DNA from: an uncultured Collinsella sp.
GTDB taxonomy: Bacteria; Actinomycetota; Coriobacteriia; Coriobacteriales; Coriobacteriaceae
Length of the DNA: 64,000 bases
NCBI GenBank assembly: GCA_958372075.1
Contig: CATXMO010000001.1
Span: 68,797 to 132,796, forward strand
Direction: 5' to 3'
Shown: in pieces, positions 19,308 through 29,272 of the stretch
How the letters are laid out: each line of letters opens with the position of its first letter
Position numbering within the stretch: the stretch's first letter is position 1
The notes under the pieces: model-generated
Databases searched by the model: none
What the model was told of the DNA's origin: nothing
What the model saw: only the letters and a program-made list of their open reading frames with translations
Translations under genes and position numbers: made by a program

Positions 19308-22076
19308 ATGCTGATGCTCAAAACCGCCACGGTACTCGAAGCCATCTCCAAGCGCCGCCGCACGGCGCGCCCCGCCGCTCATACCGGCATGTCCAAGAAC
19401 ACCATATTCGCCGCCACCCATAGCGCCGAGGATGCCCTCGTGCTGCTCGACGCCACAGCCGACGGCCTCACCGCCGAGCACGCCGCCGAGCGCCTGAGCG
19501 CCGTCGGCCCCAACACCATCGAAGCGCCGACCAAGACGCTCGCCCGCCGCATCGCCGACGCCTTTGTCGACCCCTTCGCCGGCATCCTCGCCGCTCTCGC
19601 GCTGGTCTCGCTCTACATCGACGTGCTCGCCGTGCCCGAACCGCAGCGCGACCCCTCCACGGTCATCGTCATCGGCATCATGCTGCTGGTATCGGGCGGC
19701 ATGAAGTTTATCCAGGAAGCCCGCAGCGGCAATGCGGCCGAGGCCCTCAAGGACCTGGTCTCCAACACCTGCTGTGCCCTGCGCGACGGCGAGCGCATCG
19801 AGATTCCCTTCGACGAGCTCGTCCCCGGCGATGTGATCCGCCTCTCTGCCGGCGATATGGCGCCGGCCGACGCCCGCATCATCACCGCACGCGATCTGTT
19901 TGTGATCGAGTCCGCACTCACCGGCGAGAGCGAGGCCGTCGAGAAGACCGCTGCCATCACCGTCGTCGAGGGTGCCGACGGCTCCGCGCTGTCACTCTCT
20001 GCCTGCAAGAACATCGTCTTTACCGGCACCTCCGTGCAAAACGGCACCGCCATGGCGCTCGTCGTTGCCACCGGCTCGGACACTTACCTGGGCGGCATCG
20101 CCAAGATGCTCAACGGGCGCGGCGAGAAGAGCGCGTTTGACCGCGGCGTCTCGAGCGTCTCCATGCTGCTCGTACGCCTCATGCTCGTTATGGCGCCGGC
20201 CGTCTTTGCCATCAACGTCGCCACCAAGGGCAACGTCATCGACGCGCTGCTGTTCGCCACGAGCGTAGCCGTTGGCATCACGCCGCAGATGCTTCCCGTC
20301 ATCGTGACCACGAGCCTGTCGCAGGGCGCCAAGGACCTCGCCCGTCGTCAGGTTATCGTCAAGGAACTGCCGGCGATCCAAAACCTCGGCGCGATGGACG
20401 TCCTGTGCTGTGACAAGACCGGCACCCTCACCGAGGACCGCATCGTGCTCGAGCGCTACCTCAACACCGACGGCAACGAGGATGCACGCGTGCTGCGCCA
20501 TGCGTTTTTGAACAGCTTCTTCCAGACCGGCCTCAAAAACCTTATCGACCTGGCCGTCATCGACCGTGCCGACGTGACGCCCTCGGCCACAGCGCCCGAT
20601 TCCATGCTGTGCCAGAGCCTGCGCGACCGCTATACCAAGGTCGACGAGGTGCCCTTTGATTTCTCACGCCGTCGCCTGAGCGTAGTTGTCGCCGATGCCC
20701 AAGGCAAAACCCAGATGGTCACCAAGGGCGCTGCCGAGGAAATGCTCGAGATCTGTTCCTTTGTCGAGGTCGATGGCATCGCCCAGCCGCTCAGCGAAAA
20801 TAAGCTCGCCCAGATTCGCAAGCAAGTCGCCGAACTCAATGCCGAGGGCCTGCGCGTGATCGCCGTGGCGCAAAAGACCAATCCGCGCTGCGTGGGTGAG
20901 TTTGGCATCGCCGACGAGTGCGACATGGTGCTGATGGGCTTTTTGGCCTTCCTCGATCCGCCCAAGGCAAGTGCCGCCGGCGCCGTCGCCACCCTCGAGG
21001 CCAAGGGCGTGGCGGTCAAGGTCTTAACCGGCGACAACGACCGCGTGGCCGCCACCGTCTGCGAGCAGATCGGCATCGACGCGAGTAACGTCTTGCTGGG
21101 CTCCGAGATCGATGCGCTCGACGACGCCGAGCTTGCCGAGCGCGCTGAGAAAACTCATCTCTTTGCCAAACTCTCGCCGCTGCAGAAGGCGCGCCTGGTG
21201 CGCGTCATGCGCGAGCTGCTCGGTCACACCGTGGGCTTTATGGGCGACGGCATTAACGACGCCGCCGCCATGCGCGCGAGCGATTGCGGCATCTCGGTCG
21301 ATTCGGCCGTCGACATCGCCAAGGAATCCGCCGATATCATCTTGCTTCAGAAGGACCTGGGCGTGCTCGAGCGCGGCATCATCGAAGGCCGCCGCACCTA
21401 CGGCAACCTGCTCAAGTACCTCAAGACCACGGTGAGCTCCAACTTTGGCAACGTGCTGTCCGTGACCGTCGCGAGCCTGTTCTTGCCGTTTTTGCCCATG
21501 AGCGCCCTGCAGCTGGTGCTGCTGTCGCTGGTCTACGAGATCGTGTGCATCGCGCTGCCGTGGGACACCGTCGACGACGCCTGGACCGCCCGCCCGCGCG
21601 CCTGGGACGCCGCGTCCATCAAGGGCTTCATGCTCGAGCTGGGCCCCGTGAGCTCGCTGTTTGACATCGCGACCTTCGTCGTCCTCTTCTTTGTGGTGTG
21701 CCCCGCAACCGTGGGCGCGAGCTGGGCAGAGCTTGCCGCCGCGGGCAACGTCGCAGGCATGGCGGCCTTTGCGGCGCTCTTCCAGAGCGGATGGTTTGTC
21801 GAGTCCATGTGGTCACAGACGCTCGTGATCCATATGCTGCGCTCCCCGCGCCTGCCGAGCCCGCGCGACCACGCCGCGCCCGCGCTGTGCGCCCTCACCG
21901 TGCTGGGTCTGGCACTCGTCACCTGGCTGCCGGCAAGCCCCATCGCCGATGCGCTGGGCCTCATGCCGCTGCCGCCGAGCTTCTTCGCGCTGCTCGTCGG
22001 CATCGTCACCGCCTATATCGCGCTCACCCAGCTGGTCAAGCGCCGCTACATCGCCCGCCACGGCGAGCTGCTGTAA
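19308..22076 (+). CDS. mgtA: Magnesium-translocating P-type ATPase (MgtA/MgtB type)
   Basis: DKTGTLT phosphorylation site, MGDGINDA hinge and about ten TM segments. 922 aa, typical of MgtA. AAGGAGGA RBS. Confidence 0.9.
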   Translation: MLMLKTATVLEAISKRRRTARPAAHTGMSKNTIFAATHSAEDALVLLDATADGLTAEHAAERLSAVGPNTIEAPTKTLARRIADAFVDPFAGILAALALVSLYIDVLAVPEPQRDPSTVIVIGIMLLVSGGMKFIQEARSGNAAEALKDLVSNTCCALRDGERIEIPFDELVPGDVIRLSAGDMAPADARIITARDLFVIESALTGESEAVEKTAAITVVEGADGSALSLSACKNIVFTGTSVQNGTAMALVVATGSDTYLGGIAKMLNGRGEKSAFDRGVSSVSMLLVRLMLVMAPAVFAINVATKGNVIDALLFATSVAVGITPQMLPVIVTTSLSQGAKDLARRQVIVKELPAIQNLGAMDVLCCDKTGTLTEDRIVLERYLNTDGNEDARVLRHAFLNSFFQTGLKNLIDLAVIDRADVTPSATAPDSMLCQSLRDRYTKVDEVPFDFSRRRLSVVVADAQGKTQMVTKGAAEEMLEICSFVEVDGIAQPLSENKLAQIRKQVAELNAEGLRVIAVAQKTNPRCVGEFGIADECDMVLMGFLAFLDPPKASAAGAVATLEAKGVAVKVLTGDNDRVAATVCEQIGIDASNVLLGSEIDALDDAELAERAEKTHLFAKLSPLQKARLVRVMRELLGHTVGFMGDGINDAAAMRASDCGISVDSAVDIAKESADIILLQKDLGVLERGIIEGRRTYGNLLKYLKTTVSSNFGNVLSVTVASLFLPFLPMSALQLVLLSLVYEIVCIALPWDTVDDAWTARPRAWDAASIKGFMLELGPVSSLFDIATFVVLFFVVCPATVGASWAELAAAGNVAGMAAFAALFQSGWFVESMWSQTLVIHMLRSPRLPSPRDHAAPALCALTVLGLALVTWLPASPIADALGLMPLPPSFFALLVGIVTAYIALTQLVKRRYIARHGELL

Positions 22077-22155
22077 CGCACGAGTTGTGACGCTCGACCC
22101 ATCAGGCGGTCAAAAAGTCCCGCCTCACTGTCCCCTTTGTGGTGGTTTTGGTGCG

Positions 22156-22842
22156 CTACGAGGCATTGGTCAGGCGGCTCCAGAGTTCGTCAATATCGAT
22201 TTGGTCGCCGCCGCTCAGATAACCGGTGTGAATAAAAGACTCACTATAGATATAGATGTCATGCGCGCTGTCGCCATCATCTTCGGTGTCGTAGGCCGAA
22301 ATCACGTAACGGCTGCCGTCGAGCGCCTTGACCAGCCAATACACGGAATCGTCGATTGTGCACTTCTCCTGCACTATCGACGCATCGCCGATTGCGCCGG
22401 TGAGCGCACGATCGCCCGTCGTATAGCCGCCCACCGAGAGCAAAATCGCCACGCTATCGTCTCCGCCGCCCGGCTCAAGTTCCTCGTACTCGGACTCCGA
22501 AAGCGGTATCGCACTGTTCGCAAGTTCGTCCACGTCATCCGAAATCTTAGAAAAGGTAAAGGCGAAAAGTCCCGCATCATCGGCGGCACCGTAGCCCACG
22601 CTCTCGCCTTGCCACTCATAGTTTTGATGCTTGAGCAGGCGCACCAGGTCGGCGCCATCCAAGTTGATCGCAGCATAGACCGTCACGTTGGCGTTGTCGT
22701 CTACACAGGCGGCGTCCGCCGTGGTCGCCTTCTTGGCACCGCTCGCGCCGCCCAATCCGCCCGAGCAGCCAGCCAGCGCACAAGCCAACGCACCCGCGCC
22801 TGCCACAAAGGCCGCACGGTTCATCGTCACTTCATTCATCAT
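22156..22842 (-). CDS. Lipoprotein (LAGCSG lipobox), unknown function
   Basis: Signal peptide plus lipobox. Paralogous features shared with the next gene (C-terminal IDELW versus IDEFW). Confidence 0.55.
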   Translation of the reverse strand: MMNEVTMNRAAFVAGAGALACALAGCSGGLGGASGAKKATTADAACVDDNANVTVYAAINLDGADLVRLLKHQNYEWQGESVGYGAADDAGLFAFTFSKISDDVDELANSAIPLSESEYEELEPGGGDDSVAILLSVGGYTTGDRALTGAIGDASIVQEKCTIDDSVYWLVKALDGSRYVISAYDTEDDGDSAHDIYIYSESFIHTGYLSGGDQIDIDELWSRLTNAS

Positions 22843-22877
22843 GTTCGTTCCTCGCTATGGTATTGGCCACGTCGCAC

Positions 22878-23618
22878 CTAGCCGAGCGCGCGTCCAGTCT
22901 TTTCCTGCCAAAATTCGTCTATCGTCGGAGCACCGCCGCCCTGGGTAAACCTACCGGTCTTGATAGCCTCCTCGGTAATGAGATCCAAGCGGTAGTCACC
23001 GTTTTCCATCGGGCTCGTCATGGCGACGTGCCGCGCCATGTTGGAACCGTATACGCACGCGATCCATGAGCCCGAAGTAATCTGCGCCCGGTCCTCGACC
23101 GGCACAGAAAAGCCCGCGATAACATCCTCGCAGCTCGAATAGCCCGAAAGTTGTAGCGTGAACATCACGGTGCTTCCGGTGCCGCCCTTGTCGAGCTTTC
23201 CGATTTCGTCCTCGCCGAGCCATTCGGTCGCGCCGTCCTTGCTGATATTGCAGACGCTGAGCACGTGTCCCGCCTCGTCCTCGTACATCTCGAGCGCGTC
23301 TTGCCAGGTATAGCCCTGCTGCGAGGCAAACTCCTGCAACTGCCAGCCCTTAAGCTCGAGGAGCGCCGCGATGCTGATGTTGCGGTGCGCGTCCCAGCAA
23401 TCTTCCGACCACGTATCGAACGCATCCGCCGAGCCGCTGTCCGCGTCGCCGGAATCGCCCGACGTCGCACCCGCGTCCATCTTGTCCTTTACCGGGCGGT
23501 CGTCGTTAAAATCCGTCGCATCCTGCGTCCGCTGTCCGCCGCACCCCACAAGCGTCAGCAGCGCCGTTCCCGCCGCCGCGACAAATGCCGTGCGCGAAAG
23601 TACCGTCTCCCTCATCAT
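22878..23618 (-). CDS. Lipoprotein (LVGCGG lipobox), unknown function
   Basis: Start at MMRETVL after a GAAAGGAA RBS, followed by signal peptide and lipobox. Confidence 0.55.
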   Translation of the reverse strand: MMRETVLSRTAFVAAAGTALLTLVGCGGQRTQDATDFNDDRPVKDKMDAGATSGDSGDADSGSADAFDTWSEDCWDAHRNISIAALLELKGWQLQEFASQQGYTWQDALEMYEDEAGHVLSVCNISKDGATEWLGEDEIGKLDKGGTGSTVMFTLQLSGYSSCEDVIAGFSVPVEDRAQITSGSWIACVYGSNMARHVAMTSPMENGDYRLDLITEEAIKTGRFTQGGGAPTIDEFWQEKTGRALG

Positions 23619-23691
23619 TGTTCCTTTCCCGTTCTTTAGCACAATGCCGAGAAACACACCCGGCATCGATTCACACATAAGCCACCCCACG

Positions 23692-25251
23692 CTATTGACG
23701 AGGCAGTTCCGTCCAGCCAAAACCAGGTTCAAAACCATCGCGTGTACCGATCACATCGCCCGAACCGTTGACCCAGGCCTGGTCGGCCATCACCGAGACC
23801 TCGACATCGGTGCCGTCGGGTCTGGTGTAATGGTTGACCCCACGAATGGCATCGAAATACGAAGCGGTGCCCGTCCCCACGCCCGCGCTGGAAAAATTGG
23901 CGGCGCTGGCAGCCATATTCGCGGCGTGCTGACGGTCGCTGCGATCGAACCACGCCTGCTGGTAGCTGTCGAATGCCGCCTGTTGCGAGGCATGCATCTG
24001 TTGCCAGGCTGCAAACTGCTGTTGCTGCTGGGCAATGTTCATCTGCGTGCGTTGGCGCTGCTCAAGCACCATCTGTTGCTTTTGAGCTGACGCTTCGCGT
24101 GCAATCGCTGGATTGAGCCGCAGAGTCGACGCCATTGATGCAAGCGCCGTGGAGGCCGCCTCGTCCAGGCGACCTTCTGGCGCAGCCAAACAGAAGCTGT
24201 CCCTGATACGCCACTGCAGCAGGTCGGCCGCACCCAGCTCGAACGACGCTCCGTCCGGGCAACCGCCTCGACCCGTGGGCTGTTCTTGCGCGACGCCCTG
24301 TCCCGCCGCTGCCGCCGCCTTGCGCTCGCGCAGGCGCTTGCCCAAAACACCGCCGATCAGCCCACTCGAAAGGCTCGCGCCCAGCAGCGCCTCGGCCCCA
24401 GCGGCAACACCTTTGCCCATAGAACCCGCGACGCCTCCGATTGAAAACATATAGCCCTCGACTTTGGCCGCCACCGCGAGCTCGGTGGGCACCGGAGCGC
24501 CCGTGAGCCGATATCGACGCATGCGGCACTCATAGACCACATCACTCGGTTCCATCGAAAAGCCCTGGATTGCAAAGTCGTTTGCCGCCTCGCGCTTTAC
24601 GCGGGCACGCTCGCGCTCGATATCGACCGCCGCGCTCGATGGGTACGGTTGCTCGGCAACAACCTCTGCCCGCGCGCCCAGCCGTGCTGCACAGGCCTGA
24701 GCCAGCTCGTCGCAAGCTGCCTCCACGTGCACAAACACCTTGCGTTCGGTTTGCGTGGGGATACGCTTGGCAACGGCGCCCGCATCCACGTAGCAGAGCT
24801 CGGAGCGGTACATAATCCGCTCACCCATCGGACCCGCCGCCGTCACGCCAACCGAAATCGGGCAGTCGAAACTGCCGCTGCGCTCAAGATGCGCTTCTTC
24901 GATATGCCAGCCCCGCGGCAGCACCACCTGCGCGAGTGCCTGGCCGCCAGAGGTATCGCATGCGGCATGAAGCTCAAGGTCACCGATGTGAGGCGCATCC
25001 GTCGTGGCTGCGTCACGAGACGACGCGACGCCGGCAGTCTCCACCGGCGCATCGGCCGGCGCGTCCACACTCGGGTCGCCGCCTTCGTCCGCATCGTCAT
25101 CGGCAGTCGCCCCATCTGTAGCCCCCACGGCGCCCGAGTAGCCCACAACGCCCTCAAGTCGGACGCCGCACCCCGGGCAAAATCGCACCGGCACGCCGGC
25201 GACCCGAGGCAGCTGCGCCCCGCACGCCGGGCAGAATCTCAAGTCACTCAT
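23692..25251 (-). CDS. Double zinc-ribbon protein with a Gln-rich C-terminal region, unknown function
   Basis: N-terminal CPACG...CPGCG. A Q-rich low-complexity segment (NIAQQQQQFAAWQQ) near the C-terminus. Start chosen at MSDLRF. Confidence 0.55.
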   Translation of the reverse strand: MSDLRFCPACGAQLPRVAGVPVRFCPGCGVRLEGVVGYSGAVGATDGATADDDADEGGDPSVDAPADAPVETAGVASSRDAATTDAPHIGDLELHAACDTSGGQALAQVVLPRGWHIEEAHLERSGSFDCPISVGVTAAGPMGERIMYRSELCYVDAGAVAKRIPTQTERKVFVHVEAACDELAQACAARLGARAEVVAEQPYPSSAAVDIERERARVKREAANDFAIQGFSMEPSDVVYECRMRRYRLTGAPVPTELAVAAKVEGYMFSIGGVAGSMGKGVAAGAEALLGASLSSGLIGGVLGKRLRERKAAAAAGQGVAQEQPTGRGGCPDGASFELGAADLLQWRIRDSFCLAAPEGRLDEAASTALASMASTLRLNPAIAREASAQKQQMVLEQRQRTQMNIAQQQQQFAAWQQMHASQQAAFDSYQQAWFDRSDRQHAANMAASAANFSSAGVGTGTASYFDAIRGVNHYTRPDGTDVEVSVMADQAWVNGSGDVIGTRDGFEPGFGWTELPRQ

Positions 25252-25271
25252 CCCGTACATCCCTAATTTCG

Positions 25272-25721
25272 TTAGCTGTTTTTGATTGCGGCAAGCTGCC
25301 GCCATAACTCATCGGCACCGTTAAGTCGATACGCCGTCTTATCGAGCACGATGTTTTTGCCCTCAAGTTCTACCGATTGCTCCGAGCCATCCGTATAGAC
25401 AAAGACGAGCGTTCGGCCGGCATCGCTCGTCCGCTCATCCACCGCATCCCCCACGGTGCAGCCATCGAGCGCGGCAAAAGTCGATGCGACCAGTTCGGCA
25501 TCGTCGGTCTCATAGGCCGTCCGCGCCTCCCCGTCCTCGATAAGCTTGACCGCCACCGGAACGGCAGCGCAATCGTTGAGCGACACTTGCGCGGCAGTCT
25601 TTCCCTGAGCGCCATGGTCGCCGGCAACGTAAACTCGCATGAGTGTCACCGCCGCGGCAAAGACCACCACGGCGATAAGCGCGCCCGCAATTTTATTAGA
25701 CGCGCAACCCCGAGACGCCAT
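25272..25721 (-). CDS. Small membrane-anchored protein, unknown function
   Basis: 149 aa with an N-terminal TM helix (IAGALIAVVVFAAAVTL). Overlaps the next gene by ~30 nt. Confidence 0.45.
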   Translation of the reverse strand: MASRGCASNKIAGALIAVVVFAAAVTLMRVYVAGDHGAQGKTAAQVSLNDCAAVPVAVKLIEDGEARTAYETDDAELVASTFAALDGCTVGDAVDERTSDAGRTLVFVYTDGSEQSVELEGKNIVLDKTAYRLNGADELWRQLAAIKNS

Positions 25722-25828
25722 AGGTGCACCCCCTCCGTTCTGCTCTGCTCAGCATCACATTCATATGCCTTTGAGCACCAAAACGGCAGGTGACAAATGT
25801 CTCATATTCATATTTTTGCAGGTAAAAA

Positions 25829-25866
25829 ACCACCACAAAGGTGCCTGTCCCCTTTGTGGTGGTTAG
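25829..25866 (-). terminator. Intrinsic terminator of the LuxR-type regulator gene (CCACCACAAAGG hairpin, copy 2)
   Basis: On the minus strand the 13-bp stem is followed by TTTTTTACC, directly after the stop at 25867. Confidence 0.65.
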
Positions 25867-27453
25867 CTAGTCTTGGGGTGTCCAGGACCAGAAGAAGTTG
25901 ATGAGGGCTACGCGCGAGGAGGCACCTGTCTTTTTGTTAATCGAAGCGATGTGGCGATAGAGCGTGGAACGCGAAAGGAAGAGTGCCGCCGCCACGTCCT
26001 GCACGCTGTCGTCCGAAACGACCAGTGCCTCCAGAACATCGCGCTCGCGCTTGGTGAGCCCAAAGGCGGCAACGAAGCCATCGAGCCGATCGTCAAACGA
26101 AAGCTCCGGCGCCTCCAGGGGCACCGTGTCGGCCTGGCCGGGCTCACAGCTCACGCCAAGATCGTCGGTGGCAAGCGCCAGCCTGCCGCGCGTCGCCTCG
26201 CCCTCACCGTCTTGTCCAAACTGTCCCAACAGCGAAATCGCGATGCCGACAAACAGCACGAGCACGACGCTCACTGCCGCCAGCACGTTTTGACTCGAGA
26301 TAATCGCCACTGCCGGAGCCGTCACGAGCATCGAGCAAACGTTGTTGATAACACGGCCCATGCACGGCCACAGATACGCCCAGCGGGCATACATCGAAAT
26401 CGCGGCGAACTTCGCGGTGAAGAACACCACGAAAAAGCCCGTGCCAAGGTAAAAGATAATCGTGGCGGCAAGCGTGTTGCCACCGTTGCCATCGGTGATA
26501 AGTACAAAGAACGAGAGCGTGGACAGCATGGCGGCGCACGTCATGATGATATTCATATACGAACGCCCACGCAGGTCATACAGGACGCCGGCGGCAAGGG
26601 CGCTCACAACCAGCAGCAAGCGCGGCCAGTCGCCCAGATCGATAGCGCCAGCGGCATGCGAGGTCGTAAGGCCGGCATTGAGGGCCGCGAACACGCCGGT
26701 GAGGCAAGCGGTCGCCACCGTCAGACGCACCACGGCACCCTGAAAGGCCGCCTTTGCCTCGGGGTCATCGTGCCACCTGGCGCCACGCTCCGACGCATCG
26801 ACCGATAGCTCGGCAATCTCGACCTCGAACTCGGGCGCAGGCTCATCACGCAATTTAGCGCGGCGGACACCGTGAAGCAGCCCCACCAGCGCAATCGCAC
26901 AGGCAATGAGAACAGACTGCTGGGGAATGCCCGCAGGCATCACCATATGGTTGAGCACCTGCACCAAAATGTCCACAGCATAGGAAACCGCCACGGTGCG
27001 CGCCAGGCAGGGCGTCTGCGCAAAACGCCGCGCAAGATTGGCATGGGCGGTCGATCCGCAATAGCCCAGGGCGCAGCACGCCACCAGGCCGCCGGCAATT
27101 ACTACCTCAAACCGCATTGCCATAATCATCAGCAGCAACGCCGATACCAACAGCACGCCCGTAATATCGCTCGTCGCATCGATCGTCTGGGGACGGCGAT
27201 AGTACAGAAATGGGCGCACGAAAAAGCCAATCACGCTCGCGCCGACAACGATGCTCTCGTAGATGACGACCTCACTCGATGGCACGAACTCGGCCATGCG
27301 CGCATCAAAGAAATACTCGCACGCCAAAAACGTGAAGAAGAACAGCGCTAGGCACAGAATCTCCCGCATGCCCCGGCGCAAATATGCGGTTGTGTCTCCC
27401 AGGTCCCTCATGGTAACCCCCACCCGCTTTGTTGTCCGGAACACCATTTTCAT
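25867..27453 (-). CDS. LuxR-family transcriptional regulator with an N-terminal polytopic membrane domain
   Basis: About ten predicted TM helices are followed by a C-terminal LuxR HTH (TKRERDVLEALVVSDDSVQDVAAALFLSRSTLYRHIASINKK). Confidence 0.8.
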   Translation of the reverse strand: MKMVFRTTKRVGVTMRDLGDTTAYLRRGMREILCLALFFFTFLACEYFFDARMAEFVPSSEVVIYESIVVGASVIGFFVRPFLYYRRPQTIDATSDITGVLLVSALLLMIMAMRFEVVIAGGLVACCALGYCGSTAHANLARRFAQTPCLARTVAVSYAVDILVQVLNHMVMPAGIPQQSVLIACAIALVGLLHGVRRAKLRDEPAPEFEVEIAELSVDASERGARWHDDPEAKAAFQGAVVRLTVATACLTGVFAALNAGLTTSHAAGAIDLGDWPRLLLVVSALAAGVLYDLRGRSYMNIIMTCAAMLSTLSFFVLITDGNGGNTLAATIIFYLGTGFFVVFFTAKFAAISMYARWAYLWPCMGRVINNVCSMLVTAPAVAIISSQNVLAAVSVVLVLFVGIAISLLGQFGQDGEGEATRGRLALATDDLGVSCEPGQADTVPLEAPELSFDDRLDGFVAAFGLTKRERDVLEALVVSDDSVQDVAAALFLSRSTLYRHIASINKKTGASSRVALINFFWSWTPQD

Positions 27454-27582
27454 AAAGAACCAATCTCAATATCGAAGCCAAGTTCGAAATGTTGCAAATT
27501 CGACCCCAGCCGTCCGCATGACGCCGCGATTTTGAGCCGCATGACCCAGAAGGGGCGCGCGCAAGCTCCAACTCGGCAAGGA

Positions 27583-27640
27583 GTATCCCCCAACTGCCAC
27601 TCATTTAAGTACGTCCCCAATGAGTACCCAATGAGTAAGC
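27583..27640. repeat. A-unit repeat copy
   Basis: GAGTATCCCCCAACTGCC followed by ACTCATTTAAGTACGTCCCCAATGAGT. Confidence 0.7.
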
Positions 27641-27749
27641 AAAGGGTGCGACGGAATGGCTCCCCTTGGCAGCTTGAAGCCGTCATGCAGGAACCATTCC
27701 GTCGCAGCCTAATGAAAGGGACTGGGTTGTAAATGTTGGAGAAGAGCCG

Positions 27750-29063
27750 TTAGCGCCCGGGGGCCAGGATCACCAGCGCGTCGTGCTCAAAGGGATGCTG
27801 CGCCACGCGCACGGTGCCGTCACCGTTGTCACGGACGGGCAGCTTTGCGATGCGCTTGTCCTCCATGTCGAGGACCGTCGCCGTCCAGCCACGCGCGCCG
27901 TCGAGCTTAAACTTGAGCGCCGTGGTACGCGGCAGGTACGCGACGATGCGATCGCCAACGCGCGCCACACGGATGGACTCGCGCGCGTCGTCGAGGAGCT
28001 CCTGCGCCGGAACCACGGCAAGTGCATCGTCGGCAGCCGTAGCGCCTAGGGCGGCAAGCACGTGCTCGATCGCGCCAAAGTCCCACACACCCGCAAACTG
28101 CAGGCACTCTTGCCAGCGGAAGGGCATGTCAAAGCCCTCGCCCAGGACCGAACCCTGGCTGCGCGATGTTTGCCAGTTCCACACGCCGTGTGCGCCATAG
28201 GTCACGCCGGCACTGGCGCCGGCAAGAATCGACGACCATACGCTCGCGCGGCAATCCTGCGCGGTAAAACGCCAGTAGACGTTGCGCGACGCACCCATCT
28301 GCTCGTAGCAAGGCTCGGAGTTGACCATCGGCTTTTTGGGATAGTTGGCGATAAAGTCCTGCGGCAGACGCCATGCCTCGGGCTGGCCCTCGTAGTTGTG
28401 GCCGGGCTGGAACATATAAAAGTCCAGACGGTCCAAATACTGCGCCGGAATGGTGCGGTTACCGCGGTTGATATGCATGGTGCGCAGTGCCTCGGGCGCG
28501 CGCTTGACGACCTCGTCGAGGGCGTCCTCGTAATAGGCGATCGCCTCGTCGCCGGCAAAGTCGGTATCGCCCGCCACCACGTAGACGGGGTCGAACTCGC
28601 CCAGGTTCTCGACGACGCGGGCAACGTGGGCGCGAACCTCCTCACGCGGCATAATCTCGGCACCGCAACGCTCGGCGATCTTGGCACCCCAGGTACCGGG
28701 CACGTAGTTGCACCACATGAGCACGAGCGCCGGACGAATGCCGTGCTCGACGGCCGCGCGGCACATGGCGGCGGCACGATCCCAATACGCCTGGTTGGGG
28801 CAGGACCAATCAAAGTGCACGCCATCCTCGCTGGCATAGGGCCAAATGCCCAGGTCGGGACAGCAGCGATCCCACTGCGGCAACGTGTTGATCTGCAGCA
28901 CGTTCATGCCCTGCTCGGCACGGCGGGTCAGGTAGTAATCCCAGTCGTTCTCGGCGATGCTCGTAAATGCGCTCCAGCACGTATCGGCAAACCAGAAGAA
29001 CGGTTTGCCCTCGCACAAAAAGCCGTCCTGGCGACCGTTGGCGGTCAGCTTTCCCAAACTCAT
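27750..29063 (-). CDS. DUF4038-containing putative glycoside hydrolase (GH140-like)
   Basis: N-terminal KPFFWFADTCWS resembles the DUF4038/GH140 FFWLGDTAW signature. Start at the MQMSLGK region after a GAAAGGA RBS. Confidence 0.55.
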   Translation of the reverse strand: MSLGKLTANGRQDGFLCEGKPFFWFADTCWSAFTSIAENDWDYYLTRRAEQGMNVLQINTLPQWDRCCPDLGIWPYASEDGVHFDWSCPNQAYWDRAAAMCRAAVEHGIRPALVLMWCNYVPGTWGAKIAERCGAEIMPREEVRAHVARVVENLGEFDPVYVVAGDTDFAGDEAIAYYEDALDEVVKRAPEALRTMHINRGNRTIPAQYLDRLDFYMFQPGHNYEGQPEAWRLPQDFIANYPKKPMVNSEPCYEQMGASRNVYWRFTAQDCRASVWSSILAGASAGVTYGAHGVWNWQTSRSQGSVLGEGFDMPFRWQECLQFAGVWDFGAIEHVLAALGATAADDALAVVPAQELLDDARESIRVARVGDRIVAYLPRTTALKFKLDGARGWTATVLDMEDKRIAKLPVRDNGDGTVRVAQHPFEHDALVILAPGR

Positions 29064-29272
29064 CTGCATGTCCTTTCGTTTGATAAAGGATTTGCGAACC
29101 GCCGGGGGCTTTCGCGATAACCCCGCGCGAAAGCCCCCGGCGCTTGGCAAACCCTCGCGGGCGAATCTCACCCGCCTCCATCAGTCTACCTTGCAAGAAG
29201 GGCCCCGCCGGGCTTACGCCTGACGGGGCCCTGTCGTGTAGGTGAGGTCTTATGCGACCGAACGGTTTGGCC

